DNA of 52,712 nucleotides, taken from NCBI GenBank assembly GCA_016931355.1, contig JAFGEX010000360.1:1-52712 (forward strand), in the 5' to 3' direction. Of this stretch, positions 46,303-52,712 are shown in pieces. Source of the stretch: a bacterium (GTDB lineage: Bacteria > Zhuqueibacterota > QNDG01 > JABMRT01). The number at the start of each line of letters is the position of its first letter. Position 1 is the first letter of the stretch. The notes beneath the pieces were generated by a model. The model saw only the letters and a list, made by a program, of their open reading frames with translations. It searched no databases and was not told the DNA's origin. The position numbers and the translations under genes are program-made.

Positions 46303-46824
46303 ATGTTCAAACGGACCAAATCGGTCGCAATTCTGGCCGCCATGATCCTGATCCCGGCAACAAGCCCGCTCATGGCCCAGCTCAAACTGGGTTACGTCAA
46401 TTCGCAGGCTGTGCTGGCCGCATACCCGCCGGCTGTGGAGGCGCGCAAGAAGCTGGAGGCCGAATCCGCAAAATGGACGCAGGAACTGCAGAAAATGAGC
46501 GAGGATTTCCAGGCCGCGCAGCAGGAGCTTGAGCAGCAGAGCCTCCTTCTCTCCGATGCGAAGAAGCAGGAGAAGGTGAAGGCGCTCGAACAGATGGCCC
46601 AGAGGGCCCAGCAGTATCAGGTCCAGAAATGGGGCGAGAACGGCGAGATGGCCCGCCGGGAGCAGGAATTGCTTCAGCCCGTGATCGACAAGGTCAATGC
46701 CGTGATCAAGAAGGTCGGAGACGACAACAAGTTCGATTTCATCTTCGATGCGGTTGCCGGGAACCTCCTCTATGCCAAGGAGGCCCATGACATGACGCAG
46801 ACCATCATCGATGCGTTGAAATAA
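46303..46824 (+). CDS. skp: OmpH/Skp periplasmic chaperone
   Basis: Signal peptide, LGYVNSQAVL start of the mature protein, a long Lys/Glu/Gln coiled-coil, and a position after bamA. Confidence 0.88.
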   Translation: MFKRTKSVAILAAMILIPATSPLMAQLKLGYVNSQAVLAAYPPAVEARKKLEAESAKWTQELQKMSEDFQAAQQELEQQSLLLSDAKKQEKVKALEQMAQRAQQYQVQKWGENGEMARREQELLQPVIDKVNAVIKKVGDDNKFDFIFDAVAGNLLYAKEAHDMTQTIIDALK

Positions 46825-46914
46825 ATCCGGCCGTGTTGTCCGCCGGCAAACGCATCCCCTGAAGCGGGCCGCGGGGCCTGCGGGCGTACTGCAATGCCGT
46901 TTCCCCTGTGGAGG

Positions 46915-46954
46915 GAAGCTCCCCGGCAACGCGCTTCAGGGGGCCATCGATCTG
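46915..46954. repeat. ~42-bp palindromic element (copy H, degenerate)
   Basis: GAAGCTCCCCGGCAACGCGCTTCAGGGGGCCATCGATCTG. Confidence 0.5.
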
Positions 46955-47020
46955 CAGGGCGTTGGAGCATCCCCGGAGGGCGGCCTTCGGGGCGCGTTTA
47001 TTTTTGCTCGGGAGGATCCC

Positions 47021-47578
47021 GTGATTTTCATGAAAAAGAAATCCTGCGCAGGTTGTGTCGCAGCGGTCGTCCTCATCCATTCCTGGATATTCGGCCAATC
47101 CAGGATCGGTTTCGTGGACTCCCAGAAAATCCTGACCGGCTACGAAGGCGCCCAGGACGCGATGAAGGAAATCGACACGGAGAACAACAACTGGGGCCAG
47201 GAACTTCAGAAGATGAACGACCATTACAACACCATGAAGGAGGAGATCGAGCAGCAGAGCCTGCTTCTCTCCGAAGCCAAGCGCAAGGAGAAGGCCCAGG
47301 AGCTTGAAAACCTGGCAAAAGAGATCCAGCAGTACAGGGATAAGAAATGGGGGGAAGGCGGGGACTATTTCAGGAAGCGTGAGGAGGCCTTGAGGCCCAT
47401 CTTTGACAAGATCAACCAGGCTGTCGCAACGGTCGCGGACGACAACAAGATCGACATCATCTTCGATTCCGTGAACGGAAACATCCTGTACGCGCTGCCC
47501 AAATACGACATGACGGAAGACGTGCTCGAGGAATTGACCAGCATGGACGCAGACTCCAAGAAAGCGCAGAAACCTTAA
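47021..47578 (+). CDS. skp: second OmpH/Skp paralogue
   Basis: IGFVDSQKIL followed by a coiled-coil. Same architecture as the upstream skp and the same AGGAGGATCCC RBS context. GTG at 47021, or alternatively ATG at 47030. Confidence 0.85.
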   Translation: MIFMKKKSCAGCVAAVVLIHSWIFGQSRIGFVDSQKILTGYEGAQDAMKEIDTENNNWGQELQKMNDHYNTMKEEIEQQSLLLSEAKRKEKAQELENLAKEIQQYRDKKWGEGGDYFRKREEALRPIFDKINQAVATVADDNKIDIIFDSVNGNILYALPKYDMTEDVLEELTSMDADSKKAQKP

Positions 47579-47588
47579 AGCCCGGCGG

Positions 47589-48635
47589 ATGAAACTGACC
47601 CTGGGTGAAATATGCCGCCTGGCCGGCGGCGATCTGGAGGGCGATCCGGACCTGCCCATCAGCGGAGTCGGCAAGATCGAGGAGGCGCGCGAAGGCGAGC
47701 TGACCTTCATCGCCAATCCGAAGTACCTGAAATATCTCGGCCGGACAAAAGCATCGGCTGTGATCGTGCCCAGGGATGCGCCCCCTGCGCCTTCCCATTC
47801 CCTCATCCGCAGCGACAATCCCTATTTCGTTTTCATGAAGGCGCTGATTCTTTTCAATCCGCCGGAGGCGCTTTACGGCAGGGGGATTCACCCGGCCGCA
47901 ATCGTGGGCCAGAATGCGAAGCTGGGGAAGGATCTATCCATCGGGCCCCATGCGGTCATCGGCGACGGATGCAGCATCGGGGACGGGACCGTGCTGGGTG
48001 CAGGCGTTTTCATCGGAAACGGCTCAAGCGTGGGCCGGGAATGCATCCTGCACCCGCATGTCAGCATCCGGGAGAAGGTGATCATCGGGGACAGGGTCAT
48101 CATACACAACGGAGCCGTGATCGGCAGCGACGGATTCGGTTTTGTGCCGGAAGAGGGCGTGTATCACAAGATCCCGCAGGTGGGGACTGTGGTCATAGAG
48201 GATGACGTGGAAATCGGCGCCAATGTGACGATTGACCGGGCCACCCTGGGGGAAACCCGAATCAAAAAAGGCGCAAAGCTGGACAATCTGATTCAGGTCG
48301 CCCATAACTGCAGCGTGGGGGAACACACGGTCATCGCGGCCCAGACCGGCATGGCGGGCAGCACCACGATCGGGAATCATGTGCGAATCGCCGGGCAGGC
48401 CGGATTCGCCGGGCACATGTCCGTGGGCGACGGAGCGGTGGTCGCGGCCCAGGCCGGCGTGGTCAAGGATGTGCCACCCGGAGAAATGGTTTCCGGTTAC
48501 CCGGCAAGGCCTCACCGAGAGGAACTTCGCAGGGAGGCTGCGGGCGCCAGGATGCCGGAAATGCTCAGGGAGATTCGCGCCTTAAAAAAGAGACTGGACG
48601 AACTGGAAGAGAGGATGAGGAAAAGCGGATGCTGA
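47589..48635 (+). CDS. lpxD: UDP-3-O-acylglucosamine N-acyltransferase
   Basis: N-terminal uridine-binding-type domain (LTFIANPKYL) followed by hexapeptide repeats and a C-terminal helix. Confidence 0.92.
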   Translation: MKLTLGEICRLAGGDLEGDPDLPISGVGKIEEAREGELTFIANPKYLKYLGRTKASAVIVPRDAPPAPSHSLIRSDNPYFVFMKALILFNPPEALYGRGIHPAAIVGQNAKLGKDLSIGPHAVIGDGCSIGDGTVLGAGVFIGNGSSVGRECILHPHVSIREKVIIGDRVIIHNGAVIGSDGFGFVPEEGVYHKIPQVGTVVIEDDVEIGANVTIDRATLGETRIKKGAKLDNLIQVAHNCSVGEHTVIAAQTGMAGSTTIGNHVRIAGQAGFAGHMSVGDGAVVAAQAGVVKDVPPGEMVSGYPARPHREELRREAAGARMPEMLREIRALKKRLDELEERMRKSGC

Positions 48636-50026
48636 AAAACCAGAGGACGATCGGGAAAACCGTGTCTATGTCCGGACGGGGCCTGCATACAGGGACCAAG
48701 ACCACGCTTCGATTCAAGCCTGCGGAGCCCAACACGGGCATCCGGTTCAGGCGCACGGATGTGGAGAATTGCCCGGAGATCCCGGCCGACATCGAGCATG
48801 TGGTGGATAATTTCCGCGACACGACCATCGGAAAGGGGAGCATCCACATCCGCCAGGTCGAGCATGTTCTGGCAGCGGTTTATGGCATGGAAATAGACAA
48901 TATCCTGGTCGAAGTGGACTCGAACGAGCCTCCGGTGGGCGACGGCAGCGCCATGCCTTTTGTCGAGATTCTGCAGAAGGCCGGGATCGTGGAACAGAAC
49001 TCGCCCAGGGATTATCTGGAAATCCAGGAGACGATCACGTATTCGGATCCTTCCAGGGGAGTCGATATGGTGGTTTTCCCCTCGGACGAATTCCGCATCA
49101 CCTTCATGGTGGACTACAAAAATCCGGCCCTGGGCACCCAGTACACGTCCATGTACTCCCTTCACGACGAATTCGTCAAGGAATTCGCCGGCGCCCGGAC
49201 GTTCTGCTTTTTGCACGAGGTGGAAGAGCTTCACAACCAGGGCCTGATTCAGGGCGGGAACCTGGAAAATGCGGTTGTCATCGTGGACAGGCAGCTTTCG
49301 GACGGGGAGCTGAAGACCCTGGCCGACAAATTCGGCCTGAAGGATGCGGTGATGCTCGGGAGCAACGGCATTCTGGGCGGCAAGACCCTGCGTATGTACA
49401 ATGAGCCGGTGCGGCACAAGACCCTGGACCTCATCGGCGACCTGGCGCTTCTCGGCGTGCCGCTCAAGGCGCATGTGCTGGCAGCCAGGTCCGGCCACGC
49501 AGCCCATGTGGAGCTCGTGAAGAAAATACGCCAGGTTTACAAGAAGAAACAGCTCACAACCAAGTTCCAGAAAAAACCGGCCCATCAGGGCGTCCTGCTC
49601 GACATCCGGGCCATTGAAAAGATACTCCCGCACCGGTACCCCTTCCTTCTGGTGGACAAGATCATCGATCTGGTGCCCAAGGCAAAGGTGGTCGGGATCA
49701 AGAACGTCACGTACAACGAGCCCTATTTCCCCGGGCATTTCCCGGGCCATCCGGTCATGCCGGGCGTTTTGATCCTGGAGGCCATGGCCCAGACCGGGGC
49801 CGTGCTCATGCTCGACGCCATAGAGAACAACGAGGAAAAGGTCGCGTATTTCATGAGTATAGACGGGGTCAAGTTCAGAAAGCCCGTTTTGCCCGGCGAC
49901 CAGATCCAGATCGAGGTGGACATGGTCCGGTTCAGGATGGGATCATGCAAGATGGCTGCGAAGGCGTTCGTTTCAGGCGAGCTGGTCTGCGAAGCGGAGC
50001 TCATGGCAGCGATTGTGGACCGGTAG
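48629..50026 (+). CDS. lpxC-fabZ: bifunctional UDP-3-O-acyl-GlcNAc deacetylase / 3-hydroxyacyl-ACP dehydratase
   Basis: LpxC motifs: GRGLHTG, VEHVLAA, HKTLDLIGDLAL. FabZ motifs: LPHRYPFLLVD, GHFPGHPVMPGVLILEAMAQ. Overlaps lpxD by 7 nt. Confidence 0.93.
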   Translation: MLKNQRTIGKTVSMSGRGLHTGTKTTLRFKPAEPNTGIRFRRTDVENCPEIPADIEHVVDNFRDTTIGKGSIHIRQVEHVLAAVYGMEIDNILVEVDSNEPPVGDGSAMPFVEILQKAGIVEQNSPRDYLEIQETITYSDPSRGVDMVVFPSDEFRITFMVDYKNPALGTQYTSMYSLHDEFVKEFAGARTFCFLHEVEELHNQGLIQGGNLENAVVIVDRQLSDGELKTLADKFGLKDAVMLGSNGILGGKTLRMYNEPVRHKTLDLIGDLALLGVPLKAHVLAARSGHAAHVELVKKIRQVYKKKQLTTKFQKKPAHQGVLLDIRAIEKILPHRYPFLLVDKIIDLVPKAKVVGIKNVTYNEPYFPGHFPGHPVMPGVLILEAMAQTGAVLMLDAIENNEEKVAYFMSIDGVKFRKPVLPGDQIQIEVDMVRFRMGSCKMAAKAFVSGELVCEAELMAAIVDR

Positions 50027-50066
50027 GAAACAGGTTTCAGGGGATTGTCAAAACGCCGCAAGGATT

Positions 50067-50197
50067 GTCAGCCTGAGCCCAGTCCTTGCTGTGTGAAGAG
50101 CAGACTGCCGCAAGCGGAGCGGATGGTTTTTTCCGCGGCCGATGAAAGCGCTCCTGTCATTGTCATCCTGAGCCCCGTCTTTCCGGGGCGAAGGATA
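50067..50197. repeat. two same-orientation copies of the GTCA(T/G)CCTGAGC... hairpin repeat in the lpxC/fabZ-lpxA spacer
   Basis: GTCAGCCTGAGCCCAGTCCTTGCTGTGTGAAGAGC (50067-50101) and GTCATCCTGAGCCCCGTCTTTCCGGGGCGAAGGATAC (50162-50197). Confidence 0.6.
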
Positions 50198-50330
50198 CGG
50201 GGCCGGTTGTTGATGAGGATCGGAAGCAGTCAATCCCATCACACGAGGTCATCCCCGGAATCTTTTACCGGGCATCCATTTTTTTGATGATCCTATAAGA
50301 TCGATCGTATTCTTTTTTGAGGACAAACCC

Positions 50331-51104
50331 TTGCCGGATATTCACCCCACAGCCATAGTCGATCCGAAGGCTGAGCTGGCCGATGATGTCCGGGTCGGGC
50401 CCTTTACCGTGATCGAGGGCGACGTTCAAATCGGTACGGGGAGCGAGATCCATTCCCATTGCCTGATCGCGGACGGAGCGCGCATCGGGAAGCAATGCAT
50501 CATCCATCATGCCGCTGTGATTTCCACCGCGCCCCAGGATCTGAAATTCGAAGGCGAAAAGACAACGCTCGAGATCGGCGACCATACCGTCATCCGGGAA
50601 TACTGCGATCTCAACCGCGGGACAAAGGAAAAAGGGAAGTCCGTGATCGGCGCACAGTCCTTCCTCATGGCCTACACGCATGTGGCGCATGACTGCGAGA
50701 TCGGGGAGCATGTGATACTTGCCAACGGCGTGCAGCTGGCCGGCCATGTCACGATCGAAGACTGGGTGATCATCGGCGGACTGACGCCGGTTCATCAGTT
50801 CTGCAGGATCGGGCAGCATGCCTTTGTCGGAGGCGGTTACAGGGTCACGCAGGATGTGCCCCCCTACATTCTGGCTGCCGGAGAACCCCTCGCATACAAG
50901 GGGCTGAACCGCATCGGCCTCAGCCGCAGGGGATTTTCAAAAGAGGCCATGGCAGCCCTGCATACCTGCTACAGGCTGCTTTACAACGCCAAACTCAATT
51001 TCCGGGATGCGCTCGAGCGCATACGGGCCGAGGTGCCGGACCTTCCTGAAAAGCAGATTGTCCTCCGTTTCGTGGAAACCCATGCGCGCGGCATCATCCG
51101 GTGA
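50331..51104 (+). CDS. lpxA: acyl-ACP--UDP-N-acetylglucosamine O-acyltransferase
   Basis: IHPTAIVDP start, hexapeptide repeats, and a C-terminal helical domain. TTG start after GAGGA. Confidence 0.92.
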   Translation: MPDIHPTAIVDPKAELADDVRVGPFTVIEGDVQIGTGSEIHSHCLIADGARIGKQCIIHHAAVISTAPQDLKFEGEKTTLEIGDHTVIREYCDLNRGTKEKGKSVIGAQSFLMAYTHVAHDCEIGEHVILANGVQLAGHVTIEDWVIIGGLTPVHQFCRIGQHAFVGGGYRVTQDVPPYILAAGEPLAYKGLNRIGLSRRGFSKEAMAALHTCYRLLYNAKLNFRDALERIRAEVPDLPEKQIVLRFVETHARGIIR

Positions 51105-51952
51105 CTGTCCCGGATGGCGGAAGCCCTTCAAGGGAGACCGGGATGACGGCCTTAAGATGCATTCTTTCCGGATCGCAAACCGGCGCCTGGCATATGGCTG
51201 CGGATGACTTTCTTCTCCGCTGCAGGGGGTCTTCCGGACCTGTTCTGCGTTTTTATGCATGGGATCCCGCATGCGTCTCCCTGGGTTTTCATCAGAAGGC
51301 GGATTGCCTGGACATGGAAAGAATCCGGGGCGATAAAAAAGACATCGTCAGAAGGCCGACCGGCGGCAGGGCTGTTCTGCATGATGGGGAAGTGACCTAT
51401 GCCGTTGTTGTCCCGCTGGAAGAGGAAAAGCCACGAAGCCTGGCGGACATCTATGAATGGATCAACCGCGGGCTGGCAGCAGGCCTTCAAAAACTCGGGG
51501 TTCCGGCAGAGCTTCAGAAAAGATCCCCGGACTTTCGTGCTCATTACAGAAATGCGCTTTCAGCGAGCTGTTTCTCGGCTGCGGCCCGATACGAGATCAT
51601 GGTGCACGGTAAAAAGCTGGTGGGCAGCGCGCAGAGAAAGCTCGGGGATGCTGTGCTGCAGCACGGGTCCATTCTGCTCGGGGACGGACATCTGGCGCTT
51701 GCGGATTATCTGGCTTCCCCGGAGGAGGAAAAGGCACGGTTTCGCGAAGCGATCAGGGAGAGGACCACATCCGTGTCAGGCTGTCTCGGAAGGGACGTGA
51801 CATGGGGACAGGCAGTGGAAAGTCTGCGACAGGGCTTTGAGCAAAGCCTCGGCGTGCATCTGGTGGATGACGAATTCACGGAAGAGGAAAATACGCTGAT
51901 TCACGGGAACGAAAAACAGTTTGCCGTTTTTTCCAGCGGGCAGCTTCAATAA
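51101..51952 (+). CDS. biotin/lipoate A/B protein ligase family protein (LplA/LipM-like octanoyl/lipoyl transferase)
   Basis: RRPTGGRAVLHDGEVTY and HGKKLVGSAQRK (conserved Lys) motifs. The GTG start overlaps the lpxA stop (GTGA), with an alternative ATG at 51143. Confidence 0.8.
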   Translation: MTVPDGGSPSRETGMTALRCILSGSQTGAWHMAADDFLLRCRGSSGPVLRFYAWDPACVSLGFHQKADCLDMERIRGDKKDIVRRPTGGRAVLHDGEVTYAVVVPLEEEKPRSLADIYEWINRGLAAGLQKLGVPAELQKRSPDFRAHYRNALSASCFSAAARYEIMVHGKKLVGSAQRKLGDAVLQHGSILLGDGHLALADYLASPEEEKARFREAIRERTTSVSGCLGRDVTWGQAVESLRQGFEQSLGVHLVDDEFTEEENTLIHGNEKQFAVFSSGQLQ

Positions 51953-51953
51953 C

Positions 51954-52712
51954 GTGAAGCGAAAGAAAAAAATCAGCATCTGGGGATCCACGGGATCCAT
52001 AGGCACGCAGACGCTCGACGTGATCAGCCGGTATCCGGACCGGTTCGAGATAGAAACCCTGACCGCGCATTCGAATATCCGCCTGCTCAAGGAGCAGGCG
52101 GAAAAATTCCGTCCGAAGCATGTCGTTTTGACCGGGCTGTCAGGTCCCGGCAATGTTAAAGACCCTTTCAAAGGAACCGGAGCTGATTGCGCCTTCGGCA
52201 TGGATTCGCTGAATGTTCTGGCCGGATCCGGGGGCGAAGACCTTGTGGTGAACGCGCTCGTGGGATCCGCGGGCCTGGAAGCCATGCTTTTTGCAATCAG
52301 AGCACAAAAGACGGTGGCTCTGGCAAACAAGGAAGTTCTGGTCATGGCAGGCGAGCTGGTCATGGCAGAGGCCGCCGGGGCAGGCGTGGAAATCCTTCCC
52401 ATTGACAGCGAGCACAGCGCCATTTTTCAATGTTTGCGCGGAGAACCCAAAGAATCCATCCGGCGTATCATACTGACCGCATCAGGCGGCCCCTTTCTGA
52501 ACAGGCCCGTATCAGAGCTGGGCGGGGTGACAGTCGAAGAGGCGCTTAAACATCCGAACTGGGTGATGGGGAAAAAGGTGACCATTGACTCGGCGACACT
52601 CATGAACAAGGGGCTGGAGATCATAGAGGCGCGATGGCTTTTCGGAATCGAGCCGGAACGGATCGATGTAGTCATACACCCGAAATCCATCATCCATTCC
52701 ATGGTCGAATTC
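51954..52712 (+). CDS. dxr: 1-deoxy-D-xylulose 5-phosphate reductoisomerase, 3' end cut by the window edge
   Basis: Not in the ORF track because there is no stop within the window. My own translation from the GTG at 51954 gives KKISIWGSTGSIGTQTLDV, LANKEVLVMAG, IDSEHSAIFQCL, LTASGGPF, HPNWVMGKKVTIDSATLMNKGLEIIEA and IHPKSIIHSMVEF. Confidence 0.93.
   Translation, partial: MKRKKKISIWGSTGSIGTQTLDVISRYPDRFEIETLTAHSNIRLLKEQAEKFRPKHVVLTGLSGPGNVKDPFKGTGADCAFGMDSLNVLAGSGGEDLVVNALVGSAGLEAMLFAIRAQKTVALANKEVLVMAGELVMAEAAGAGVEILPIDSEHSAIFQCLRGEPKESIRRIILTASGGPFLNRPVSELGGVTVEEALKHPNWVMGKKVTIDSATLMNKGLEIIEARWLFGIEPERIDVVIHPKSIIHSMVEF

Overview
This is a 52.7-kb chromosomal segment from a diderm bacterium. 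It is moderately GC-rich and has strong GGAGG-type ribosome-binding sites and many 1-8 nt gene overlaps. The fused lpxC-fabZ gene and tamB lying directly upstream of bamA suggest an FCB-group or candidate-phylum lineage, but the taxon cannot be fixed from this window. Gene content by region: (i) 0-8.5 kb, + strand: alaX fragment, Gfo/Idh/MocA oxidoreductase, ICMT-family methyltransferase, lpxB, lpxK, sigma54 response regulator, nadB, cspA. (ii) 8.8-27.4 kb, an almost unbroken minus-strand array: pfk; then OM beta-barrel plus large lipoprotein, kbl, methyltransferase, GH127, clan GH-A-like hydrolase, CE15 esterase, GH3-PA14, a second methyltransferase, and folE2-queF-queC-queE-queD. (iii) 27.6-31.2 kb: moxR-DUF58-histidine kinase. 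(iv) 31.4-38.3 kb: a DUF2271-like lipoprotein and an envelope-glycan locus (GT2, unknown 564-aa protein, NDP-sugar genes). (v) 38.7-52.7 kb: uppS-tamB-bamA-skp-skp-lpxD-lpxC/fabZ-lpxA-lipoyl/octanoyl-transferase-like-dxr (3' truncated). I saw no rRNA, tRNA, CRISPR array, transposase, prophage or recognisable defence system. The most unusual signal is non-genic: three families of short palindromic repeats. The first is a 90-95 nt inverted-repeat element whose ends form an anti-SD/SD palindrome. The second is a ~42-bp palindrome with a type I-E-CRISPR-repeat-like core. The third is GTCATCCTGAGC...GCGAAGGATCC-type hairpins. They fill the larger spacers and in several places have become part of coding sequence: an in-frame 111-nt insertion in queE, the queC C-terminus and stop, and the DUF58 start codon. 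All functional calls come from motif recognition by eye; no searches were run.
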